A DNA stretch of 64,000 nucleotides, from contig JBMNIH010000004.1 in assembly GCA_050950825.1 (NCBI GenBank), positions 544,001 to 608,000 on the forward strand, given 5' to 3'. Positions 48,752 to 58,805 of this stretch are shown here, piece by piece. This DNA is from Clostridia bacterium (lineage in GTDB: Bacteria; Bacillota; Clostridia; JAAYHZ01). The first letter of the stretch is position 1, and the number at the start of each line of letters is the position of its first letter. The translations under genes were made by a program, and so were the position numbers. The notes under the pieces were generated by a model that saw only the letters and a list, made by a program, of their open reading frames with translations, was not told the DNA's origin and searched no databases.

Positions 48752-49875
48752 TGCACCTTACAAATTTCGATCTCGATAACTATCTCAAAGAACTGGAAAC
48801 CATAGTGAATATGGACAGCGGCAGTTCGTATCCCGAAGGGGTAGCCAAGGTAGCCGATTTTTTCATAAAGAAATATAAAGAGCTCGGTTGTTACACGGAT
48901 AAGGTGAATCTTTCGCCTCGGATCGGACCTTGCGTTAGGGTCTTAACAAAGCACACGGACCGGTTTGACGTTTTATTGGTGGGACACATGGATACGGTTT
49001 TCCCCGAAGGTACAACCCTTAAAAGACCCTTTCGGATCAAGGACCGCATTGCCTATGGCCCCGGAGTGGTAGACATGAAGGCCGGCCTTTTATCGGCCTA
49101 CTATGTCATAAAAGAATGGATGTCGCAAAAAAATCGTGAGGGATCTATCTGCCTTTTGATGAACAGCGACGAGGAGATCGGCTCCGTCTATTCCACTCCT
49201 TGGATAAAAGAGCATGCGGCAAAAAGTAAAGTAGCTTTTGTTTTGGAACCGGCGAGATCGGACGGATCCTTTGTGATTGAGCGAAAGGGAACGGCCAAAT
49301 TTGAAGTTATCTTCCGAGGGGTTTCGGCTCATGCCGGGGTAGACCCCGAAAAAGGAAAAAGTGCCATTGTAGAGATGGCTCGTTGGATTCTGGAATTGGA
49401 CGAACTGAACGATTACGAAAAAGGTTTGACATTGAATACCGGAACCGTCACCGGCGGAACGGTAGTAAATATGGTAGCAAATCATGCCGTTATGAAATTA
49501 GACACACGTTTTAAGAATCCGGAGCAGATCGAGAAGGTCGAAAGTGTCATGAACCGGATGATCGAGAACCCTATGGTAAAGGGTGTTACGGCTTCCGTGA
49601 AGCGGATCAGTTATCGGGAGCCCATGAATCCCAACGAAAGGACCTGTGCTTTGGCGGCAAAACTGGAACGGTTAGGCAAAAAGTCCGGTATTTCGGTTAA
49701 GTGGAGGCCCACGGGAGGCGTCTCCGATGGCAACGGGATATCTTCCTTAGGCATTCCGGTTATTGACGGATTCGGACCGGTCGGTGGAAATACCCACAAC
49801 GAAGGGGAATACTTGGAAATCGATTCCGTATACCCTCGAATCCGGCTTTTGTACGATATCATCACGACGGTATAG
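48751..49875 (+). CDS. M20 family metallopeptidase (carboxypeptidase G2-like)
   Basis: GHMDTVF, GPGVVDMKAG, DEEIGS, AHAG, GGVSDGN. Confidence 0.92.
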   Translation: MHLTNFDLDNYLKELETIVNMDSGSSYPEGVAKVADFFIKKYKELGCYTDKVNLSPRIGPCVRVLTKHTDRFDVLLVGHMDTVFPEGTTLKRPFRIKDRIAYGPGVVDMKAGLLSAYYVIKEWMSQKNREGSICLLMNSDEEIGSVYSTPWIKEHAAKSKVAFVLEPARSDGSFVIERKGTAKFEVIFRGVSAHAGVDPEKGKSAIVEMARWILELDELNDYEKGLTLNTGTVTGGTVVNMVANHAVMKLDTRFKNPEQIEKVESVMNRMIENPMVKGVTASVKRISYREPMNPNERTCALAAKLERLGKKSGISVKWRPTGGVSDGNGISSLGIPVIDGFGPVGGNTHNEGEYLEIDSVYPRIRLLYDIITTV

Positions 49876-49978
49876 CATTGAAAATTCCAATTTTATCGGC
49901 TGTTATTTACGATTCGTTTCATGTAGAATAAATGTTATGAATGAATAAAATTTGTGAAAAACGGAAGGAGAAAGATAG

Positions 49979-51346
49979 ATGGGATTGATTAGGGCGGCAG
50001 TAGGAACAATAGGAGGAACGCTGGCGGATCAATGGTTGGAGGCCATCGAGCCTGCAAAAATCGACAATACGATTTTGGCTACATACGGCGTTTCGGTAAG
50101 CAGGCGAAAGAATGCAAGAGGATCCAACCGAAAAGGAACCGAAGACGTGATATCCAACGGATCGATAATTCACGTTCCGGAAAATGTATTTATGCTTTTA
50201 GTGGACGGCGGAAAGATCATATCGGCTACGGATCAGCCCGGATACTACCAAGTTGATAACTCCAGGTCGCCATCCATCTTTTTTCAATCGGATGAAAACG
50301 TAACCTTGCCGGGATACAATAACACCGAACGAAATGCCATCCAAAGACCCGGCGGGATTGTGAATACATTAAAGGACTCATGGGAGCGATTCAAATTCGG
50401 CGGAACAACGCCTTTGAAGCAAAGAGTGATATATATTAACAAACAAGAGATACCGGGGGTTCGTTTCGGAACGAGAAATCCGGTACCCTATACCGATCGC
50501 GTATTGGTACCCGGAAGACCGGTTCCTTGTAAAGTGACTTCTTTCGGAACCTATTCCATCAAAATTTCGGACCCCTTGCTGTTCTATAGCGAGGTGTGCA
50601 GCAAAACCGATAAAGTGAACTTTACGATAGAGGATATGGCCGAGCAATACTTAAACGAGTTCCTGATGGCCTATACGACGGCGTTGGCAAAGCTGTCTTT
50701 AAACAACATCATGGTATCGGACATTCCCATGAAAACCATGGAACTAGGCCAATACATGGCGGAAGTTCTGGACCAAGAGTGGCTGAGCAAAAGAGGTTTC
50801 TTTATCCATAGCGTCGGTATCGCCGGAATTTCCTTCGACGAACAAACCAACAAGCTTTTGGAAAAGTACGCAAGCGATTCGATTCTTATGGATCCCAATG
50901 CAAGAGCCGCAAGAATGACGGCAAGCCTGGCTTCCGGATTGGAAGCGGCAGGCTCTAACGAAGGAGGTGCCATGCTCGGATTTGCCGGTATGGCTATGGG
51001 AATGAACGCGGCACATACCGTAGGTGCTATGCCTTACCAACAAGTGCAGCCGCAAGGGGCCGCACCGGCGGCAGGAGCTGCGCCTGCAGGGACACAACAA
51101 GGATGGACTTGCGCTTGCGGGCATACCATGCCGCAAGAGGCAAAGTTCTGCAATATGTGCGGAAAGCAAAAGCCTGTTGACAAGCCTTCGGATCAATGGA
51201 AGTGCTCCTGCGGTTATGAAAATACCGGAGGCAAGTTCTGCAGCGAGTGCGGCAACAAAAGACCCGAAAAGGTAAAATGTTCAAACTGCGGTAAAGAGTA
51301 CGACGTACCTCCGAAGTTCTGCAGTGAATGCGGTAATGCATTTTGA
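49979..51346 (+). CDS. SPFH/band-7 protein (YdjI-like) with C-terminal zinc ribbons
   Basis: MGLIRAA..LADQW, ISNGS, RFKFGG; repeated KFCSECG. Confidence 0.85.
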   Translation: MGLIRAAVGTIGGTLADQWLEAIEPAKIDNTILATYGVSVSRRKNARGSNRKGTEDVISNGSIIHVPENVFMLLVDGGKIISATDQPGYYQVDNSRSPSIFFQSDENVTLPGYNNTERNAIQRPGGIVNTLKDSWERFKFGGTTPLKQRVIYINKQEIPGVRFGTRNPVPYTDRVLVPGRPVPCKVTSFGTYSIKISDPLLFYSEVCSKTDKVNFTIEDMAEQYLNEFLMAYTTALAKLSLNNIMVSDIPMKTMELGQYMAEVLDQEWLSKRGFFIHSVGIAGISFDEQTNKLLEKYASDSILMDPNARAARMTASLASGLEAAGSNEGGAMLGFAGMAMGMNAAHTVGAMPYQQVQPQGAAPAAGAAPAGTQQGWTCACGHTMPQEAKFCNMCGKQKPVDKPSDQWKCSCGYENTGGKFCSECGNKRPEKVKCSNCGKEYDVPPKFCSECGNAF

Positions 51347-51358
51347 AAATGAGGTATT

Positions 51359-52405
51359 ATGAGTAAGGTTCAAGAATATAAATGTTTGAATTGCGGGGCG
51401 GGTCTGCATTTCGACCCGCCCTCCGCGAAATGGAAATGCGGCTATTGCTTCAGCGTGTTTGAAAAAGAGGCGTTAGAGGCTGCCTACGGGAAAGACATAC
51501 ATAAAACAACAACGGCGGAAGAAGAGAAAAAGGAAGACTTAAGCTGCTACCGTTGTGCAAGCTGCGGGGCGGAGCTGGTTACCGACCAAACGGTATCGGC
51601 TACCATTTGTTTGTACTGCAAAAGTCCGTCGATTATCAAAGAACGATTATCCGGAAAGTTTGAACCGAAATTCGTAATTCCGTTTAAGCTGACGAAAGAC
51701 CAAGCCAAATCCATTTATACCCAATGGGTAAAAAAGCGTCCCTTTGTTCCGGACGAATTCTTGGAAAAAGAAGAGGTGGACCGAATTACCGGGGTTTATG
51801 CTCCGTTTTGGCTTTACGACAGTTACGTTATCGGCCAAATCGAAGGAGAGGGAACAAAGGTCAGCCACTGGAGAGCGGGAGATTATCGATATACCCGGAC
51901 GAAGTATTACCGTATTGAAAGAGAAGGAACCGTAACGTACAAGCGTGTACCGGTGGACGCTTCCGTGAAGATGGATGATACTTTGATGAATAACATCGAG
52001 CCTTATAACTATTCGGATTTGAAAGATTTTTCAATGGAATATCTGTCCGGCTTTATGGCGGAACGATACGACGTTTCCTCCGATGAAGGGGAAGGTATCA
52101 TGAAAAAAAGAGTGGAGCGATACGTGGAACAGCGGCTGTTAGGTACCGTTACCGGATATTCTACCGCTAATATGAACAAGAAAAACATTCGCTTTACGGA
52201 AATTGCATGCCACTATGCCATGCTTCCCGTGTATTTGTTGGTCCATAAATACAATGACAAATCGTACATGTTTGCCGTGAACGGGCAAACGGGAAAAGTT
52301 ACAGGAGACACACCGGTGTCATTAAAAAAGCAGCTGTTTTTTGCAATGCTTGTTTTTTTGATTACATGGCTGGTTGTCGTGATTGGAGGCGCTTTCCTTG
52401 GCTAG
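51359..52405 (+). CDS. Zinc-ribbon membrane protein (YdjG-like)
   Basis: CxxCGA motifs, VIPFK, YAPFWLYD, VNGQTGK, C-terminal TM. Confidence 0.8.
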   Translation: MSKVQEYKCLNCGAGLHFDPPSAKWKCGYCFSVFEKEALEAAYGKDIHKTTTAEEEKKEDLSCYRCASCGAELVTDQTVSATICLYCKSPSIIKERLSGKFEPKFVIPFKLTKDQAKSIYTQWVKKRPFVPDEFLEKEEVDRITGVYAPFWLYDSYVIGQIEGEGTKVSHWRAGDYRYTRTKYYRIEREGTVTYKRVPVDASVKMDDTLMNNIEPYNYSDLKDFSMEYLSGFMAERYDVSSDEGEGIMKKRVERYVEQRLLGTVTGYSTANMNKKNIRFTEIACHYAMLPVYLLVHKYNDKSYMFAVNGQTGKVTGDTPVSLKKQLFFAMLVFLITWLVVVIGGAFLG

Positions 52406-53228
52406 AATAAGAAGAATTTTCTCGTTTCTATTGCTTTTACTCCTTGTATTTCTTCCCGTTATAGCGACGGCAGGGTATACGGAAAATATCCGGGACGATT
52501 TGGGTTTTTTAAGCGAAGAAGAACTGGATGAGTTACAAACGTTAATCGATGAGGCGACGGCTCTTTATGATGCGGATCTTGTCATTGTCATAACGGACGA
52601 TCTTGCCGGAAAATCCTCGAAGGATTTTGCCGACGATTATTATGACGAGAACGGGTACGGTATCGGATTTGATTATTCCGGAGTTTTGCTTCTTGTCAAT
52701 ATGGAGTACCGGGAGATTTGGCTTTCTACAGCAGGAAAGGCTATTCGTGTTTTCACCGACCGAAGAATTGCCGCTGTGAACAATCGGGTGGCGGATTATT
52801 TTTCAAAAGGGGAATGGTACCAAGGATGTTTGGCCTTTATTGCCGAGTTTAAGCGGTATATGGAAGAAGGAGTTCCCCAAGGACAGTACAATGAAAATTC
52901 GGAGTACTATCCGGTGTATACGCCCACCTTTTGGGAAAAAGCTAAAAATCAAATAACCAAAAGATCCACTTATTTGATCTCCCTTCTATCGTCAATTTTA
53001 GTGACTTTACTTGTTACCTCATCAAGAAAGAAGCAGAATACGACTCATTTGCTTACGTACGAAGAAAACGATTCTTTCAAATTAATCCGATCTCGAGACG
53101 ATTATCTGAGGGAAACCACAACGTCCGTTCGTATATCCTCGGATTCGAACCGCAGCTCGACGAACAGAAGCAGCACCCACCGAAGCTCAAGCGGTCGATC
53201 CCACGGAGGAGGCGGCAGGAAATTCTAA
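52383..53228 (+). CDS. TPM domain protein (YdjH-like)
   Basis: Signal peptide, ADDYYD, GVLLLV, Ser-rich tail ending GGGGRKF. Confidence 0.85.
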   Translation: MEALSLARIRRIFSFLLLLLLVFLPVIATAGYTENIRDDLGFLSEEELDELQTLIDEATALYDADLVIVITDDLAGKSSKDFADDYYDENGYGIGFDYSGVLLLVNMEYREIWLSTAGKAIRVFTDRRIAAVNNRVADYFSKGEWYQGCLAFIAEFKRYMEEGVPQGQYNENSEYYPVYTPTFWEKAKNQITKRSTYLISLLSSILVTLLVTSSRKKQNTTHLLTYEENDSFKLIRSRDDYLRETTTSVRISSDSNRSSTNRSSTHRSSSGRSHGGGGRKF

Positions 53229-53360
53229 AGGGATATATTTTACGATGCATTTGTGAACAAAATGAAAATTATTCGGGACAAGCGTTTCATTCTTGTCCGA
53301 TGAACGATATACTGGTATACAGGTTCAGATAGTATTATTGGATTTGGAAGGAGAGCTTTT

Positions 53361-54752
53361 ATGTTGAAGTATACGCTAAAAAACATTATGCGTGTGCCTT
53401 TTGCTAGTATTGTTCTATTTTTAATCGTTACGTTTCTTTTCACCGGGTTTATGGTCACGTTTTCCGTGGCAAGATCGGCGAAACAGAACATGGAAGATGT
53501 GCGCATAGAGATGGGCGGACGAGTCAATTTGGAAGTCGATATGGAGTCATTCATCAACGAGTTGATAAAATACCAAGAAGGATCAACCACAACCCAACCG
53601 TCTATGAAAAGATTGGAATGGTCCCAGATCGAGTATATTTTACGTTCGGAGTATGTGCAAGATTACAATGTAACGATTGAAGGTGCAGGAAAATCTCCCA
53701 TCAAGCATGTGACACTGGAATCTACGGAAGAATCCAATGAAAACAATCCGGACTTCCGATTAATCGGCGACACAAGGTTGGAATACAACAGCGATTTCTA
53801 TTACAAAGAGAAGTATTTGGTAGAAGGAAGAGGCTATACCGAGGAGGAAGTGGAGAATAAAGCGCAGGTAGCTATCCTCGACCGCAGGCTTGCCGACTTG
53901 AATCAATTGAAGATCGGAGATGTGATCGAATTTACGTCCGTCGAAGGCGTCGATATGAATCTGGAGATTATTGGGATATACGAGGATACCATAGAAGATA
54001 CGGGTGCCATACCGGTATCCTACATGGTTCGAGCAAATGCCATCTATGTCCCGTATACGACCGCCATGGAATCAAGAGGGGACGCATCCTACAAAGACCT
54101 CATAACGGAAACGGCTTTCTTTTTAAAGGATCCCTTGAAAATCGAGGAGTTTAAAAACAAACTGTACCGAACTACGATGCAATTCAAGGGTTATCTGTTA
54201 AACGCCGACGACAGCATATATGAAAAGAAAGTGCTGCCTTTAATATTCACAAGATTAATGATTCAACAACCGGCTATAATTATTTCCATCATAGGATTCG
54301 CCCTTTCGGTCATCTTTATCCTTTTTGCATCCTTCGGAAGAAAGAAAACGGCCGCCGCTTTGAAAGTGATGGGGTATCGGGAGAAGCGAATATTTGGAAT
54401 GCTTTTTACCGATATTGCACTCATCGTCGTATTCTCCTTTGTTTTGTCCTTGATATTATCCTTCATATTCATACAGCCTGTTGCCGAAAATGTGATACTG
54501 TCTACGAGAAACGCCGTGGACAATACGATAGCCAAACTCATACAAAACGCTGCGGAAAATACGTACATGGGCGGGGGAATTTTGGACTCTTTGGATGTGG
54601 AACCTATATATGAAATTTCGGCAGGTTTAAAACCGTCTGCGGCTCTTATCGCTCTTTGTATGGTTCTTGCTTTATCGGTTCTTCAGTTTGGTATGTGTCG
54701 ATGGGCAATTCATACAGGCGATCCGATGATTATAAAAAACAACCATGAGTAA
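53361..54752 (+). CDS. MacB/FtsX-type ABC transporter permease
   Basis: N-terminal TM, large extracellular domain (LVEGR, LKIGD, IIGIY), three C-terminal TMs. Confidence 0.85.
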   Translation: MLKYTLKNIMRVPFASIVLFLIVTFLFTGFMVTFSVARSAKQNMEDVRIEMGGRVNLEVDMESFINELIKYQEGSTTTQPSMKRLEWSQIEYILRSEYVQDYNVTIEGAGKSPIKHVTLESTEESNENNPDFRLIGDTRLEYNSDFYYKEKYLVEGRGYTEEEVENKAQVAILDRRLADLNQLKIGDVIEFTSVEGVDMNLEIIGIYEDTIEDTGAIPVSYMVRANAIYVPYTTAMESRGDASYKDLITETAFFLKDPLKIEEFKNKLYRTTMQFKGYLLNADDSIYEKKVLPLIFTRLMIQQPAIIISIIGFALSVIFILFASFGRKKTAAALKVMGYREKRIFGMLFTDIALIVVFSFVLSLILSFIFIQPVAENVILSTRNAVDNTIAKLIQNAAENTYMGGGILDSLDVEPIYEISAGLKPSAALIALCMVLALSVLQFGMCRWAIHTGDPMIIKNNHE

Positions 54753-54771
54753 ATAAAAGGGGGAAGCGGAA

Positions 54772-55464
54772 ATGAGCAGCGTAATATTTGAATTAAAGAA
54801 CGTGATGTATTCTTATAAAGTGAAGACCGGAGCCAACGTAAACGTTATCCGAAATGCCACTTGTACCTTTGAATCGGGGAAAATATACGCGATACAAAGC
54901 ATTAAAGAAAGTGGAAAATCAACCCTTTTAAAGATCATGGCCGGATTGGACCGACCGGATTCCGGTGAGATACTGTATAACGGAGAAAATATCGCCGAAT
55001 GGGATTCTTATGTTTATCGTAAAACCATGACGGCATTGGCTTTGTCCGGAATGGATTTGATAGAAAGATATACCGTAATGGACCATATTTTAGCCCAATT
55101 GGACGTATCCTGCCCTGAAAAAACCGACAAGCACGGACAAATGGCGAAGGAGATTTTAAGCGATACGGGCATCGAAAAAAGCTTGTACAATAAAAAAGCA
55201 AACCGGTTGGACGGATATAATAGGCAGGTCCTTCGTTTGGCAAGAGCTCTTGCCACTTTCGGCAATGTGATCCTTTTCGATGACGTGGATTTGGAGCTTA
55301 GCAAGGAAGAAACCGGCAAGTTTTTGGAGCTTATACGAAGGATTGCAAGAGAAAAAGAAAAATGCATTATATTTACTACGGAATCGCCGCTAACTGCAAT
55401 GGAAGCCGATGAAATTTATACCGTCAATCGGGGAACCGTGATCAAGATCAAAAAAGTAGGATAA
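54772..55464 (+). CDS. ABC transporter ATP-binding protein (LolD/MacB-like) with degenerate motifs
   Basis: SGKSTLL..MAGLD.PDSG; altered signature, D-loop and H-loop. Confidence 0.8.
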   Translation: MSSVIFELKNVMYSYKVKTGANVNVIRNATCTFESGKIYAIQSIKESGKSTLLKIMAGLDRPDSGEILYNGENIAEWDSYVYRKTMTALALSGMDLIERYTVMDHILAQLDVSCPEKTDKHGQMAKEILSDTGIEKSLYNKKANRLDGYNRQVLRLARALATFGNVILFDDVDLELSKEETGKFLELIRRIAREKEKCIIFTTESPLTAMEADEIYTVNRGTVIKIKKVG

Positions 55465-55505
55465 TATATAAGAAAGAGGGAGGAACCCCCTTTTTTATAC
55501 CCTTT
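55364..55505 (+). repeat. Diverged direct repeat, copy 1 (3' end of the ABC ATPase gene plus terminator)
   Basis: GCATTATATT..ACGGAATCGCCGCTAA..TATACCGTCAATCG.GGAACCGT matches 57379-57516. Confidence 0.8.
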
Positions 55506-55626
55506 CTTAACGACTCCGGCATAAATGGATTTGATGAAATAAATACCGGACCCGTTGTTTTTCGTTTTTCTTCCTATATGATGAAATATATCAAGCTATG
55601 CCATAAAGTCATGATGGAGGTAATTA

Positions 55627-56437
55627 ATGAACGAATTTGTTACGGCAATTCAATTTCAGTCTGCTCAAACACCCGTCATCGTTCAAGTGGAAAAAAGGCG
55701 CTTTTGCCTCATCAAGTAGGCATAAAAACCATTGCTTCTTCTCTATGCAATCATTCCGAAATGAGAAGCTTTTTCGGAAATGATGAGCCGGGTTACGGGT
55801 ATCAATATCCTATGGAACCGGGAGAACCCGGGTACGAAGCCATTGGTATTATTGAAGTCATCGGAGCTGCTGTGAACACGCTGAAGCCCGGAGACGGCGA
55901 TTATGATAACAAAAGGTTATCCGTCATCGGATTAGGTGCAATCGGTCTGTGCACCGTCCGGCTATTACATATGTTTCCTACGTCGGATGTAACGGCGTTT
56001 GATTTATCATTGGATAAGCTAAAGCTTGCAAAAGATTTTGGTGTAGACCATACATTCCTGATAGAACCCGATAGAAATTACGATGAACTTGATAAATTTA
56101 TCGGACGGTTTGATGTGGTCATCGAGTGTTCCGGACACAAGAGCGGACAGGCGCTTGCATACACGCTTTGTGACAAAACCTAATATTCACCGGCTATTGC
56201 AAGGATCCGGTTCCGGTACGCCAATCCGTGTTGTTTAACATAAATACCACGATATACAATCCCGGTATTTTAACTATAGAGGATTTAAAAGCGGTTGCCG
56301 CTTTTTACAACAAAAAAACGATTGATCCCTCTCCTTTGATTACGAAAATTATCCGTCCGAACGCGGATGAATACATTCAAACCATTCAAGAGATCAAAAA
56401 AGGAGAAATCATTAAAGTGTTAATTGACCGGAGGTAG
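55627..56437 (+). pseudogene. Zinc-binding (MDR) dehydrogenase, frameshifted and internally deleted
   Basis: LCNHSE, GYEAIG, GLGAIG Rossmann motif, VIECSG; split over three frames. Confidence 0.75.
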
Positions 56438-56439
56438 CT

Positions 56440-57314
56440 TTGAACATAGCGGTAGATACATATAGCTTCGTTATGAATTTTGGCCGGCACAGGTACAAGC
56501 CTTCTAATCCATGGACCTTGTCCTGCTATTTTGACTTTGTTATAGAAAACAGGCTTAACGGCATTCATATGGATCCCGCCCATTATGATCCGGTGAAGGA
56601 TGTGCCGGTACCGGATCGTTTTTGCAAGGAAAACAATCTGTATATCGAGTTAGGTGCCATGGAAATTCTGTCGGACGATTTTATGGATTATTTTAATGCC
56701 GCTTATTTAAAACATTTATCGGCGGTTCTCCGCCGGACAATCCTGCCGTGATGAAAGAAAGAATACTCAAATCAAAAGAAAAGCTCTCACATGTATTACC
56801 CTTGGCGGAAAAATATCGGATTAAATTGGCTCTTGAGAATCATATTGATATAACATCGGATGATTTGGACCGGTTAATTGATTTCGACAGTCCTTCTATA
56901 GGCATTTGCTACGACAGCGGCAACTTCTTGGCAATGGATGAAAATCCGTTGGATGCATTCTATCGATTCAAAGACCGCATCTTGTGCACTCATCTAAAGG
57001 ATGTTTGCCCGAAAGAACGGTATCCGGATGCACCGAGCTTCGGCCTTCCTGGAAAACAAGTGCAGTTCTGTGCATTGGGAGAAGGTATCTTGCCTATTCA
57101 AGAGATTCTGGCCGAATTATTGGCAGCGAAAGGAAAAGATGCATATATTACTTTGGAGATTCCCACACCTGTACAAAGCTCTCTTTCCCAAGCCTGCTTG
57201 CTACAAAAAGAAATAGACAATGTATTAAAAAGTATGGAGTATATAAGAAGAATAAAGCCGAGTTTAATGGATAGAAAGAAAGGCGAAAATTCTTGTCCGG
57301 AAAATTCCGTCTAG
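56440..57314 (+). pseudogene. Sugar phosphate isomerase/epimerase (TIM barrel), split
   Basis: LALENH, CYDSGN, THLKD, LGEG, TLE in the downstream fragment; N-terminus in another frame. Confidence 0.75.
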
Positions 57315-57378
57315 CACGAAAAAAATCACTCGGCCGGATAATGGCGATAAGCAATTTTTCGTACGGCAAGACAAAAGC

Positions 57379-57516
57379 GCATTATATTCAAACGGAATCG
57401 CCGCTAATCGACATGAAAGCCGATAAAGCATATACCGTCAATCGAGGAACCGTATTCAAGATAATGAATGTTTGGTGATACGAAAGAAAGGGGGAACCTC
57501 TTTTTTTGTATCCTTT
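57379..57516 (+). repeat. Diverged direct repeat, copy 2
   Basis: Encodes TESPLIDMKADKAYTVNRGTVFKI versus TESPLTAMEADEIYTVNRGTVIKI. Confidence 0.8.
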
Positions 57517-57675
57517 TATATGACATCAACACAATAACGACAAAAGTCGCGATTATATGACAAGAATCATCTCTTCGGACGAATTCCTTTACCGGGATAT
57601 CCGTTTATGTATAATAAGGGTATACATTTGAAAAGCGTTCCGAAAAGAACCTTTTCCTAACGAAAGGATAAAGCG

Positions 57676-58776
57676 ATGGCAAGGTTGAACATGGTATTGG
57701 CGGATACAAACGCCGAATATTGTGATTTCGTATTCGAGTATTTTAATTATCGGTACAAAGAACGATTTCGAATCGATTGCTTCACCGATACGGATGCATT
57801 TATAAAATACATTCGGTCCGAAGGACAAACGGTGGATCTTCTCCTTATCTCCATTGATTTTTTAAGTAAAATGACGTCCGAAGACATCGAGCAAAATGTT
57901 AAAGTCATTGTGGAATTGAAAGAAAACGCCGAAACCGGGAAAACGAAATATCGATCCGTAAACAAATACAGCCGAATCGACGATATGGCCCAAAGGCTAT
58001 TGGACATCTATGCCGATGAATATCGTTTGAAGGATGAAAACACACTTCCGGAGTTTGCCGGCAAAAAGACCTTGGTGATTCCGGTATGTTCACCGGAGGG
58101 AGGATGCGGAAAAACCGTTATCGCCGTAGCGTTAGCCCTCATGTACTCGAGCCTAGGGAAAAAGCCTTTTTACTTAAACTTGGAGAAGTATTATTCTCCC
58201 GTGAAAATTTTCAACCCTTCAACCTTACGAGGCATATCGGATATTCTCTTTTACATTCGAAACCAAGACTCGAATATCCGCACAAAAATCACCTCCTTTA
58301 AATGTACGGATCCGGATTACGGCGTGGATTATTTGTCTCCCGTCGCAACACCGAGAGATTTGGAGGAGACGAATATCCGGGAGGTGATCACATTGGTACA
58401 AGAAATCATCTCCGCCGAGCTGTACGACGTGATCCTTATCGATACCGACGGATCTTTTGATCTTTTAAAGCCGGAATTCATCAAGATATGTACAAAAATC
58501 GTCGTTCCTTATACCCAATCGGAATACGGAATCAATAAAATAAAATCCTTCATAAACAATCTGGAAAGATCCTTTCAAAACGAAGAAGAATGGCTCCGCG
58601 ATAAATTGATTTTAACGGCAAACAAGACGGAAGGGGCGGCCGAAAGAATCTTGGAGTCTTACATGAAAGCACCAATTCCTTTTCCGCTCTTTAATTCGAT
58701 GAACGGGTGCATACAATCCGTATTGAAGCATGATGCATTAAAGGAACTGTATAACGTTTTAAATTTCCGTATATAG
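57676..58776 (+). CDS. TadZ/CpaE-like protein (atypical receiver plus MinD/ParA ATPase)
   Basis: SPEGGCGKT, YLNLE, YDVILID; first gene of the tad locus. Confidence 0.8.
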   Translation: MARLNMVLADTNAEYCDFVFEYFNYRYKERFRIDCFTDTDAFIKYIRSEGQTVDLLLISIDFLSKMTSEDIEQNVKVIVELKENAETGKTKYRSVNKYSRIDDMAQRLLDIYADEYRLKDENTLPEFAGKKTLVIPVCSPEGGCGKTVIAVALALMYSSLGKKPFYLNLEKYYSPVKIFNPSTLRGISDILFYIRNQDSNIRTKITSFKCTDPDYGVDYLSPVATPRDLEETNIREVITLVQEIISAELYDVILIDTDGSFDLLKPEFIKICTKIVVPYTQSEYGINKIKSFINNLERSFQNEEEWLRDKLILTANKTEGAAERILESYMKAPIPFPLFNSMNGCIQSVLKHDALKELYNVLNFRI

Positions 58777-58805
58777 CCGAAAGAACAGAAGAAGGAGAAT
58801 ACGTT

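Noticed and set aside
57560-57675. c-di-GMP riboswitch upstream of the tad locus
   Set aside because: No recognisable class I or class II consensus by eye.
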